This document shows, in pieces, positions 8,461 through 16,862 of a DNA stretch of 64,000 nt. The DNA comes from Planctomycetota bacterium (lineage in GTDB: Bacteria > Planctomycetota > PLA2 > JAEUHO01). The stretch's first letter is position 1; each line of letters opens with the position of its first letter. A program made the translations under genes and the position numbers. A model generated the notes under the pieces. It searched no databases. It was not told where the DNA came from and worked only from the letters and a program-made list of their open reading frames with translations. Where the stretch lies: positions 1 through 64,000 of the forward strand of contig CBDCWP010000031.1 of assembly GCA_965223505.1 (NCBI GenBank), in the 5' to 3' direction.

Positions 8461-8818
8461 CTATACGCACACGTCGGACATGACGCGAATGAACTTTTGC
8501 CGAGAACGGCTCCAATCCGTCGAGCAACATCGCAAGCCACGAACGATCGACCTCGCGGCGCGATGCACGTCCGGGCAGCGAGAAGCGCGGGAACGTGCCG
8601 CGCTCCAATCGCTTGTACAGAAGCCACAGTCCGTTGCGGTCCCAGAAGAGCAGCTTGATACGATCACGACGCTTGTTGGTGAACACGAACAGATGCCCCG
8701 AGAGCGGGTCGTCGCCGAAGACGTCGCGAACGACCTGGCACAGCCCGTCGTGCGCCTTGCGAAAGTCCACCGGCTCGCGCGCTACGAACACGCGCACCGC
8801 GTCCGGCAGGCTCAGCAC
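8438..8818 (-). CDS. tnpB: IS66 accessory protein TnpB
   Basis: PVDFRKAHDGL, LFVFTNKRRDRIKLLFWDRNGLWLLYKRLERGTF. GTG start at 8818 overlaps the tnpA stop. Confidence 0.93.
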   Translation of the reverse strand: MLSLPDAVRVFVAREPVDFRKAHDGLCQVVRDVFGDDPLSGHLFVFTNKRRDRIKLLFWDRNGLWLLYKRLERGTFPRFSLPGRASRREVDRSWLAMLLDGLEPFSAKVHSRHVRRVRIDERSAHG

Positions 8819-9129
8819 GACTCGAGCAGCGTCACGAGCTCCTCGAGCCCCACGAACGGTTTCGATGTCGGCAGGTAGATCGTGCGGCCTGAACACAGCA
8901 CGACTTCGACGCGCTCCTCGCAAGATTCCGGCTGAACGGGTGCGAGCTCCACGAAGGGCTCGACCGCGCTCGCCGCCTCGCTTCGCAGTCGGCGAGCCCA
9001 GCGCTGAAGCGTCCCAACCGGGACACCGGAGCGCTCGGCGAGTTCAGAAAACGTCAGGCCCTCACGCGCGCGCTGCTCGAGCAACCGCTCGTACGTCGCT
9101 CTGCCGCGCCACCGTTTCTTCGCTGCCAT
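8812..9129 (-). CDS. tnpA: IS66 TnpA (HTH protein)
   Basis: HTH GLTFSELAERSGVPVGTLQRW followed by FVEL...VEVVL; first gene of the element. Confidence 0.85.
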   Translation of the reverse strand: MAAKKRWRGRATYERLLEQRAREGLTFSELAERSGVPVGTLQRWARRLRSEAASAVEPFVELAPVQPESCEERVEVVLCSGRTIYLPTSKPFVGLEELVTLLESC

Positions 9130-9437
9130 CGGCCATCTCCGTTCAGAACGGAGAATCCTGACGGATCGAAACAACGCTGCAAGGCGCGGTTCACAGGACG
9201 CTTACGTTCAACGAGTCCTCATCTTGACAGGACCTAAGCCCCCGTGCTCCCGTCGTCCTAGGCCGCACGTCGTGGCCTGTGGTCATTGACATCAGGAGCT
9301 GCGTCTGAACGCCCCATTCACAGACGGGGGAGCCTGAGATCGGCTGTGGGTCGATAGGGCCCCTAACCCGGAGAAGCGTCCCCAGGCGCCGTACCCCACG
9401 CCGCAACGTGCTTCGTGGGACCTCCGGCTAGGAGAGA

Positions 9438-9514
9438 TGGTAGCGGCGGGCGGACTCGAACCGCCGACCCCAGGCTTATGAAGCCTGTGCTCTAACCGAC
9501 TGAGCTACACCGCC
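9438..9514 (-). tRNA. tRNA-Met (CAT), elongator type, with encoded CCA
   Basis: GGCGGTGTAGCTCAGTCGGTTAGAGCA-CAGGC-TTCATAA-GCCTG-GGGTC-GGCGGTTCGAGTCCGCC-CGCCGCTACCA. It lacks the initiator C1:A72 mismatch and the GGG/CCC anticodon stem. Ile2 is not formally excluded. Confidence 0.93.
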
Positions 9515-9597
9515 ACGGTCAAGCGGGCCGCGACGGTACGCCTGAGGTTGGGCACGGTCAAGCCGACGAGCCAGTCCGTCCACCACCACACAGGAGA

Positions 9598-10081
9598 ATC
9601 CCGCGCCCACCCCCCGCATCGCGCTCCGTGACCTCGGCTGGCTCAACGGCGTCCGCCTCCACGTCGTCGAAGCCGGCTTCGGCGGCCACCGACGCCCACC
9701 CCTCGACCAACTCCTCCGCAGCCTCCACCACCTCCGGCCCACCATCGACACGTTCATCGTCCCGCCGTCACCCACGCCCTCCCCGCACCGGGCCTGCGCG
9801 AAGCCCTCGGCGACCGTTCCACCCGCGTCCTCGTCGCCACCCCCGGCGCCGAAGCCCGCTGGACGCCCAGCCTCCACGACGACACCGTCCGCTCGTTCGC
9901 CGTCACCTACGACGGCGTCAACGGGTCATTCCGGCTCATGACGCAGATGGCCCTCGGGCGCGTCACCTATGCCGGCGCCGTCGCGCTCGCCGGTCTCTGG
10001 CAAGCCGACAAGGAGATCGGCCGCGACGTCATCGTCGTCCTCGGCGAGTTCTCGGCCCGACAGCAGGCCGTCGCCGCGTAG
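9598..10081 (+). pseudogene. Frameshifted ORF resembling the C-terminal domain of cysteine synthase-like (fold-type II PLP) enzymes
   Basis: Strong C/G3 codon bias. It reads ...RPTIDTFIVP / PGLREALGDRSTRVLVATP...SFRLMTQMALG...GAVALAGL...GRDVIVVLGEFSAR to TAG 10079-10081, with a frameshift near 9760-9780 and no clear start codon after GGAG. Confidence 0.45.
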
Positions 10082-11008
10082 CTACTGCGTCGCCGACGTC
10101 ACGCGCAGCACGAATGTGTCCGACGTGTCGATCTCGAACGGCTTGCCGGCAACGTCCATCACGATCAGCGACACCGTGTCGTTCGGCCGCCGCTGACGGT
10201 ACTTCGTCAACGCGCCCAGGCCGCCGCGCACGTGAAACGCGCCCACGACGAACAACACCTTGTGATCCGGGTGCAGGTCGCGAAACCGGGCGATCGACTC
10301 CGCCATCGTGTCGTCCCAAAGCGACTGCGAACGGAAGAACGTCGGCGCGCGCTCGGGACCCATGACGTCGTAGAAACGCGTGCGGTACGCGTCGTCGGGC
10401 GTGCTCGTCTCGTCCGCGACGTAGCTCAGCTCCGTCTCGCTCAACGTGAGGCGGTACGCCGCGTAGTCGCCCTCGAACTTCCGGTACCCGCTCACCAGCG
10501 GCCGCGGCGCGTTGGCGGCGATTACCGGGATGCCGTGCTTCTTGCAATACTCGATCAGCGCACGGTGCCCCTTGGCATAGTCCGCGGACTGACGGGTGCG
10601 CTTCACGAACGCGGGCTCGTCGAGCTCGCCCGCGAGGTACGCGTCGAGATCGGCCTGCGTGTCCCGCTCGAAGAACTCCATGGCCAGCGCCATGCGCGGG
10701 TGCGCCGCGTGCACGGCTTTCAGCATGCGTAGCTCGGCTGCCGCGCCGACCGGGTGGCTGTGAAACTCTCCGAAGGCGATCACCGAGGCGTTCGGCGCCG
10801 CCGCGAAGACCGCGTCGGCGTCCATGGGTCGCCCGTCGCCCCGGAACCAGCCGGTGTCCCGGGGCTCGGGCGCCGGCGTCGGCGAGGGTGTGACGGACTC
10901 CGCCTTGGGGACGGCCGGCCGCTCGGGGCAGCAGCGGCGAGCCCGCCGGGGCGCGACACAGGCACTCAGGACGAACAGTGCGGCGAGCGCGATGACAACA
11001 GGCTTCAT
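10082..11008 (-). CDS. ChaN-family (DUF399, Tiki-like) lipoprotein
   Basis: Lipobox VLSAC, plus VIAFGEFH, LAMEFF, IPVIAANAPR, SQSLWDDTMAESI and VVGAFHV. Confidence 0.85.
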   Translation of the reverse strand: MKPVVIALAALFVLSACVAPRRARRCCPERPAVPKAESVTPSPTPAPEPRDTGWFRGDGRPMDADAVFAAAPNASVIAFGEFHSHPVGAAAELRMLKAVHAAHPRMALAMEFFERDTQADLDAYLAGELDEPAFVKRTRQSADYAKGHRALIEYCKKHGIPVIAANAPRPLVSGYRKFEGDYAAYRLTLSETELSYVADETSTPDDAYRTRFYDVMGPERAPTFFRSQSLWDDTMAESIARFRDLHPDHKVLFVVGAFHVRGGLGALTKYRQRRPNDTVSLIVMDVAGKPFEIDTSDTFVLRVTSATQ

Positions 11009-11108
11009 GGCGGCAGAGCATACGGCCCGCCCATGGGAAAAGGGCCACCCGACGTGAGAGACCGGCTACATTGCCGGGCTCGCAAGCGGATATCGAAGGA
11101 GGCACGCC

Positions 11109-11237
11109 GTGCCCAAAGCCAACAAGACGAGTCGGGGCGGCAGCAAGCGTGGCAAGCTCAAGAAGGGCAAGAGCCGCAAGGGCTGGACGCACAGTCACAC
11201 ACGCAACACCGTCAAGAAGAAGCTCAAGGTCAAGTAG
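11109..11237 (+). CDS. 42-aa highly basic small protein, possibly related to ribosomal protein bTHX
   Basis: AAGGAGG RBS then GTG 11109. Sequence MPKANKTSRGGSKRGKLKKGKSRKGWTHSHTRNTVKKKLKVK with host-like AAG/GGC codons; below the ORF-track length cutoff. Confidence 0.75.
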   Translation: MPKANKTSRGGSKRGKLKKGKSRKGWTHSHTRNTVKKKLKVK

Positions 11238-11339
11238 CCGCCTGCGGAAAGACGCGCAGGACACACGCGGCTCGTCACGAGGGCCCAAGGGGCTGAAACG
11301 GCGGGGCGAATCGCGCGGACGGACCTACCCTACGGGGCG

Positions 11340-12803
11340 ATGACGGACGGGGATCCCAGAGCCGATACCAAGGCCGCGAAGCGGCCCGCTTCCGGCGGCA
11401 ACGCGCGCTCCGCCGATCTCTCACGGCTGCGGATCCGGCGCGGCAACGAGCCCGTCGGACACGTGCGCGGGTTCCCGTGGATCCGTGTCCTGTTCGTCGC
11501 CTTGCTCGCCGGGCTCGCGTTCCTGTTTCGCGAGCCGATCGCGAGCCTGTGGAGCGACGCCGGCGCGCCGACCGTGCGGACCGCGCGCCCGACGCGTGTC
11601 GTCCCCGGACAAGCCGCCGAGGGCGACGTCTCCGCCAACGGCTACATCGTCGCCGACCGATCCACCTCGGTGGCGTCGGTGCGCTCCGGCCGCCTGGTGG
11701 AGCTGAACGTGCGCGAGGGCGACATCGTCCAGGAGAAGGAGATCGTCGCCCGCATCCAGTACGACGATCTCGAGGCCGATCTCACGCACGCCGAGCTGCG
11801 TTCCAAGGCGGCGACGGCGCGGGTGAAGGAGATGGCCGCCGATGCCGAAGCGGCGCGGCTGCTGCTTCCGCGACTCGAAGCCGAGATCGAAACCCAGGAG
11901 CGCCTGATGGCGGAGGCCAAGGAGCGCGCCGACCGCCTCGAGCGCGACGTCGAACGCAACCGCCCGCTCGTCGAGTCGAAGCGCATCGGCAAAGGCGAAT
12001 GGGACAAGATCCAGGCCGACGCGCGCGCGGCGCGCGAAGCCGTAGCCGCCATCGCGTCCCGCAAGCGCGTCAGCGAGGCCGCACGGACGGCGTGGCACGG
12101 GACCATCGAGAAACGCGAAGCCGCCGAGGCCGTGGCGCGCGCCGACCTCGCGACCGCCAAGCAGGCCGAGGCGCAGGCGCGCATCGAGCTCGAAAAGACG
12201 ATCATTCGCGCGCCGTTCAAAGGGCTCGTCATCCGCAAGGACGCGGAGGTCGGCGAGGTCATTGCCCCGACCGGCGCGGGCAATTCTCGCGGGAGCGTCG
12301 CGACGATCGTGGATCCGACGTCGTTCGAGGTGCAGGTGGAGCTCTCCGAGCGGCGGATCCTGCGCGTGGCCGAGGGCGACAACGCCATCATCTTCCTCGA
12401 CGCGGATCCCGACACGGGCTGGCCCGGCAGCGTTCGCAAGATCTGGCCGCGCGCCGACCGCTCGAAGGGGACGATCGAGCTGCGGGTCGTGTTCGACGAA
12501 CGGCCCGAGGTGCTGCGCCCCGACATGGCGGCCCGCGTCGTCTTCAAGGGCAGGGAAGACGCCGCGCCCGACGCGGCCAAGCCCGCGTACATGACGATTC
12601 CCCGTAGTGCCGTGCGCACGCGGGGCGACCGTACGTTCGTCTTCGTCGTCGAAGACGGCATGGCCCACCGCCGCGACGTCGTTCTCGGCGAAGACAAGGG
12701 CACGGCCGTGGTCCTGGTGGAGGGCCTCGAGGCGACGGACGTCTTCGTCCTGGACCCCGCGTCGGATCTCGAGGACGGCAAGCGCGTGCGAACGGGGAAA
12801 TAG
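11340..12803 (+). CDS. Efflux periplasmic adaptor subunit (HlyD/MacA-like)
   Basis: N-terminal TM segment, lipoyl halves SGRLVELNVREGDIV and IRAPFKGLV, long coiled-coil hairpin, LRPDM. Confidence 0.92.
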   Translation: MTDGDPRADTKAAKRPASGGNARSADLSRLRIRRGNEPVGHVRGFPWIRVLFVALLAGLAFLFREPIASLWSDAGAPTVRTARPTRVVPGQAAEGDVSANGYIVADRSTSVASVRSGRLVELNVREGDIVQEKEIVARIQYDDLEADLTHAELRSKAATARVKEMAADAEAARLLLPRLEAEIETQERLMAEAKERADRLERDVERNRPLVESKRIGKGEWDKIQADARAAREAVAAIASRKRVSEAARTAWHGTIEKREAAEAVARADLATAKQAEAQARIELEKTIIRAPFKGLVIRKDAEVGEVIAPTGAGNSRGSVATIVDPTSFEVQVELSERRILRVAEGDNAIIFLDADPDTGWPGSVRKIWPRADRSKGTIELRVVFDERPEVLRPDMAARVVFKGREDAAPDAAKPAYMTIPRSAVRTRGDRTFVFVVEDGMAHRRDVVLGEDKGTAVVLVEGLEATDVFVLDPASDLEDGKRVRTGK

Positions 12804-12804
12804 C

Positions 12805-13494
12805 GTGAGCGGGCTCGCGATCGAACTGCGGGACGTCTACAAGGCGTATCACAAGGGCGGCGAGTCCCTCGTCGTCCTCGACGGCCTCTCGATGAACGTG
12901 ACGGAAGGCGAGTTCCTGGCGTTGATGGGACCGTCGGGATCCGGAAAGTCGACGATCCTCAACCTCATCGGCGGGCTCGACACCGTGGACAGTGGTCAAC
13001 TGTTCGTCGCCGGTGTCGATCTCACGAAGCTCGGCGCGGAGGCGCTCTCCGCGTTTCGTGCCCGGCACATCGCCTACGTGTTCCAGGCGTTCAACCTCAT
13101 CCCCGTGCTGACCGCGGAAGAGAACGTCGAGCTGCCGCTCATGCTCACGCCGCTCGGCAAGAAGGAGCGCCGCGAGCAGGCGCGGTACGCGCTCGAGATC
13201 GTCGGCCTGGAAGACCGCATGGACCATCGCCCGAAGGCGCTGTCCGGCGGTCAGGAGCAGCGCGTCGCCATCGCGCGCGCCATCGCCATGGATCCCACGA
13301 TCCTGCTCTGTGACGAGCCGACGGGCGACCTCGACCGCGACAGCGCCGACGAGGTGCTGGAGCTGCTCGGCCGCCTCGCCAAGGAACACGCGACGACCGT
13401 CGTCATGGTGACCCACGACGTGCAGGCCGGCGAGTGCGCCGACCGCATCGTGAAGCTCGACAAGGGCCTCCTGGTGAGCGACGCCGCCGTATGA
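12805..13494 (+). CDS. ABC transporter ATP-binding protein (LolD/MacB-like)
   Basis: Walker A GPSGSGKST, signature LSGGQEQRVAIARA, Walker B LLCDEPTGDLD, MVTHD. GTG start at 12805. Confidence 0.95.
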   Translation: MSGLAIELRDVYKAYHKGGESLVVLDGLSMNVTEGEFLALMGPSGSGKSTILNLIGGLDTVDSGQLFVAGVDLTKLGAEALSAFRARHIAYVFQAFNLIPVLTAEENVELPLMLTPLGKKERREQARYALEIVGLEDRMDHRPKALSGGQEQRVAIARAIAMDPTILLCDEPTGDLDRDSADEVLELLGRLAKEHATTVVMVTHDVQAGECADRIVKLDKGLLVSDAAV

Positions 13495-14660
13495 CCCTCG
13501 GTCGTCTCGCACGCCGCCATGCCGTCAGCCACCCCGTGCGCGTTTTGCTCACGGTGGGCGCGGTGATGGTGGCGATGTTCCTCTTCTGCTTCCTGCGCTC
13601 GATCGTGACGAGCCTGGACGCCGCGGTCGAGCAGTCGGCGTCGAACCGCGTCGTGACCGGCAGCGCGGTGAGCTTGTTCCAGTCGCTCCCGCGTTCCTAC
13701 AAGAACACGATCGAAGAGATGGAGTCCGTCGAGTCGGTCTGCTTGTTCACGTGGTTCGGCGGCCTGTATCAGGGCCCCGAGGGCTTCTTCGGGCAGTTCG
13801 GGACGGATCCGCAAACGCTCCTGGAGCAGTATCCGGAGGTCCTCGTGCCGCCGGAGCAGACCCAGGCCTGGTTCGACGACAAGCAAGGGGCCATCATCGG
13901 CGTCGCGCTCGCGGAGAAGTACGGCTGGCAGGTCGGCGACCAGGTGCCGCTGATCGGCACGATCTACCCGCGCAACGACGGCGCGGAGTGGACGTTCAAC
14001 ATCCGTGGGATCTACCGCTCGACGAAGGCCAACGTCGACGAGATGACGATGTACTTCCACTGGACCTACCTCGACGAGGTGCTCGAGCGCGGCGATGCCG
14101 AAGGCCCCCGCGGCACCAGCGTGTACATCGTGAAGATCGCGGAGGGCCACTCGCCGCAGGAAGTCATCGATCAGATCGACCTGCGCTACCAGAACGGACC
14201 CCAGCGCACGCGCACCCAGACCGAGGCCGCGTTCCAGGCCGGGTTCGTCAGCATGCTCGGCAACCTGCCGACGTTCCTCGGCATGATCGGCGGCGCGGTG
14301 TTGTTCGCGATCATGTTCGGCGTGATCAACACCATGACCATCGCCGCGCGCGAGCGCACGCGCTCCATGGGGGTCATGCGCGCGCTGGGCTTCTCGCGGC
14401 GCATTCCCGCGCGCCTCTACATCATGGAGGCGACCGGCATCGTGCTCTTGGGCGGCAGCCTGGGCGTCGGCATCGCGCTGTGGACCCAGCCGGTGTTTCG
14501 GAAGCTCTTCGGCACGCAGATCCCCGTCTTCCACGTCGCAACCAACACGGTCGTCTGGGCGGGCATCATCTGCATCGTCATCGGTCTCTTGGCGGGCGCC
14601 GTGCCCGCGTGGCGCACGTCGCGACTCAAGGCCGTCGACGCCCTGCGCAGGGGCGCGTAG
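13491..14660 (+). CDS. ABC transporter permease (MacB/FtsX-like)
   Basis: TM1, large periplasmic domain, NTMTIAARERTRSMGVMRALGF and three C-terminal TMs. ATGA overlap with the upstream gene. Confidence 0.92.
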   Translation: MTLGRLARRHAVSHPVRVLLTVGAVMVAMFLFCFLRSIVTSLDAAVEQSASNRVVTGSAVSLFQSLPRSYKNTIEEMESVESVCLFTWFGGLYQGPEGFFGQFGTDPQTLLEQYPEVLVPPEQTQAWFDDKQGAIIGVALAEKYGWQVGDQVPLIGTIYPRNDGAEWTFNIRGIYRSTKANVDEMTMYFHWTYLDEVLERGDAEGPRGTSVYIVKIAEGHSPQEVIDQIDLRYQNGPQRTRTQTEAAFQAGFVSMLGNLPTFLGMIGGAVLFAIMFGVINTMTIAARERTRSMGVMRALGFSRRIPARLYIMEATGIVLLGGSLGVGIALWTQPVFRKLFGTQIPVFHVATNTVVWAGIICIVIGLLAGAVPAWRTSRLKAVDALRRGA

Positions 14661-14662
14661 CG

Positions 14663-15844
14663 ATGTTCCGCACGTTCATCCCCTGGTCGTATCCGTTCCG
14701 CAGCCTGCTGGTGCGCTGGCAGGCCGCGTCGTTCAGCGCGCTCGGCATCGCCATGACGGTCGCGGTGCTCTGCGGCGTCTTCGCGCTGCGCCAGGGGTTC
14801 CAGGTGCTCATGGACTCCACCGGCGCCGACGACGTCGTCGTGTACCTGCGGCCGGGCGCGACGAGCGAAGGCGAGAGCGGCATCACGGTCGGCAAGGTGC
14901 AGCAGTACAAGAAGGAGCGCCCCGAGGTCGCCCTCGACGAGAACGGTCGGCCGCTCGCCGCCGGCGAGTCGTACCTCGCCGTCTTCCTCGACAAGGTGGA
15001 CGGCAGCGGGCGCGTCAACGTCCCGATTCGCGGCGTCGAGGAAGCCTCGTTCAAGATCCAGGGCGAGCAGCTGCGGATCCTGGAAGGCGGCCGCAACGTC
15101 ACGTTCGGCGCGGACGAGATCATCGTCGGCAAGCCGATCGCGGGACGTATCGCCAACTGCGAGATCGGCGATACGCTCACCATCAACGTCACGCCGTTCG
15201 AGGTCGTCGGCCATTTCGAGCACGACGGCGCGTACCGCTCCGAGATCTGGGGGGACGTCGACCGCATGGCGGCGGCGCTGGAGCGGCCGGTGCGACAGCG
15301 CGTCGTGGCGCGGGTCGTACCGGGCACCGACATGGCGTCGCTCAAGGAAGAGCTCGAGAATCACAAGCAGCTCGCGAGCAAGGTGCAGACGGAGCGCGAG
15401 TACTTCTCGGCACAGACACGCGTGCTCGGCGACGTGCTGGGCATCCTCGGCTTCATGCTGACGACCATTCTCGGCATCGCCGCCGTTCTGGGTGCGGCGA
15501 ACACCATGCTCGCGGCGGTGGGGGCGCGTACGCACGAGATCGGTGTGTTGCGTTCGCTCGGATTCGGCGGATTCGCGATCCTCGTGGCGTTTCTGATCGA
15601 AGCCGCGTTGATCGGCGCCGTCGGCGGCGTGATCGGATCGCTCATCGTGCTGCCGCTCGACGGTCTCGAGACCGGCACGATGAACTGGAACACGTTCACG
15701 GAGAGCGCGTTCGCGTTCCGCGTCGACGCCGGGTTGATGACGACCGCGATCGTGGTTTCGGTCGTGCTCGGTCTAGTGGGCGGGTTGCTTCCGGCGTGGA
15801 AGGCCGCGCGCATGAAGCCGGTCGACGCGATCCGGCGGGGATGA
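14663..15844 (+). CDS. ABC transporter permease (MacB/FtsX-like)
   Basis: Same architecture as the preceding permease; NTMLAAVGARTHEIGVLRSLGF and LPAWKAARMKPVDAIR. Confidence 0.92.
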   Translation: MFRTFIPWSYPFRSLLVRWQAASFSALGIAMTVAVLCGVFALRQGFQVLMDSTGADDVVVYLRPGATSEGESGITVGKVQQYKKERPEVALDENGRPLAAGESYLAVFLDKVDGSGRVNVPIRGVEEASFKIQGEQLRILEGGRNVTFGADEIIVGKPIAGRIANCEIGDTLTINVTPFEVVGHFEHDGAYRSEIWGDVDRMAAALERPVRQRVVARVVPGTDMASLKEELENHKQLASKVQTEREYFSAQTRVLGDVLGILGFMLTTILGIAAVLGAANTMLAAVGARTHEIGVLRSLGFGGFAILVAFLIEAALIGAVGGVIGSLIVLPLDGLETGTMNWNTFTESAFAFRVDAGLMTTAIVVSVVLGLVGGLLPAWKAARMKPVDAIRRG

Positions 15845-16845
15845 CGATGAAGGCGTGGGTGCTCGAACGACCCGGACGCGTGGACGCGGGCGCGTTGACG
15901 CGAAAGGAGCTCGACGAACCGCGGCCGGGCCCCGGCGAGATCCTGATCGACGTGGACGTGTGCGGCCTGTGCCGCACCGACATTCACATCGTGCAGGGCG
16001 AGATCGCGTTGCCGACGCTACCGATCGTGCCCGGCCACCAGGTCGTCGGCCGCGTCGTGGGCGAGAGCAAGCGCTTCCAGCCCGGGCAGCGCGTTGGGGC
16101 GGCGTGGCTGCACGAGAGCTGCGGCGACTGCCATGACTGCGCGCGTCTCGACGAGAATCTCTGCCGCAACGCGCGCTTCACCGGCTATCACGCCCCTGGG
16201 GGGATGGCCGAGCGCATGGTCGTGCCCGAGGCGTTCGCGTACGCGTTGCCGCCGTTGGTATCGGACCTACAGGTCGCGCCTCTTCTGTGTGCGGGCATCA
16301 TCGGCTACCGCGCCCTGCGGCAGGCCGACGTCGGGCCGAAGGAACGCGTCGGGCTGTACGGGTTCGGGTCGTCGGCGCACATCAGCCTGCAGGTGGCCCG
16401 GCACTGGGGGTGCGAGGTGTATGTCGTGACACGCGGCGAGACGCATCGGGAGCTCGCGCGCGAGATGGGTGCCGCGTGGGTGGGGGCGTCCGATGAGCGA
16501 CCGCCGAAGCCCCTCGATCGCGCGGTCATCTTCGCGCCCGCCGGCGAGCTGATTCCCGACGCGCTCAAAGCCGTGCGCTGGGGCGGCACGGTTGCCTCGG
16601 CGGCGATCCACATGAGCCCGATTCCCGAGATGGACTACACCGAGTTCCTCTTCGGCGAGCGCACGCTGCGCTCGACGACGGCCAGCACGCGCGCGGACGG
16701 CGAGGAATTGCTCGCGATCGCGGAGGAGGCCGGGATCGAGACCCATGTGGAGGTGTTCGCGTTCGAGCACGCCAACGAAGGCCTCGCCGCGATCGCCGCC
16801 GACCGCGTTCGCGGGTCGGCGGTGCTAAACGTGCGCGGCTCGTAG
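15841..16845 (+). CDS. Zinc-dependent alcohol dehydrogenase family protein
   Basis: CGLCRTD, PGHQVVG, structural zinc motif CGDCHDC...ENLC, APLLCAG, GLYGFGSSAH. Confidence 0.92.
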   Translation: MTMKAWVLERPGRVDAGALTRKELDEPRPGPGEILIDVDVCGLCRTDIHIVQGEIALPTLPIVPGHQVVGRVVGESKRFQPGQRVGAAWLHESCGDCHDCARLDENLCRNARFTGYHAPGGMAERMVVPEAFAYALPPLVSDLQVAPLLCAGIIGYRALRQADVGPKERVGLYGFGSSAHISLQVARHWGCEVYVVTRGETHRELAREMGAAWVGASDERPPKPLDRAVIFAPAGELIPDALKAVRWGGTVASAAIHMSPIPEMDYTEFLFGERTLRSTTASTRADGEELLAIAEEAGIETHVEVFAFEHANEGLAAIAADRVRGSAVLNVRGS

Positions 16846-16862
16846 GAACGTGTCCCGACGGC

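Larger units (their letters stand above)
6799..9205 (-). mobile_element. IS66-family insertion sequence, complete (2407 bp)
   Basis: TIRs GTAAGCGTCCGGCGAAACC / GTAAGCGTCCTGTGAACC, an 8-bp TSD GTTCAACG at 6791-6798 and 9206-9213, and tnpA-tnpB-tnpC gene order. Confidence 0.95.
616..9465. mobile_element. ~8.8-kb genomic island integrated at the tRNA-Met 3' end; no integrase visible
   Basis: 29-bp direct repeats at both ends, three IS elements, and cargo with visibly more A/T-ending codons than the flanking backbone. Confidence 0.8.
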
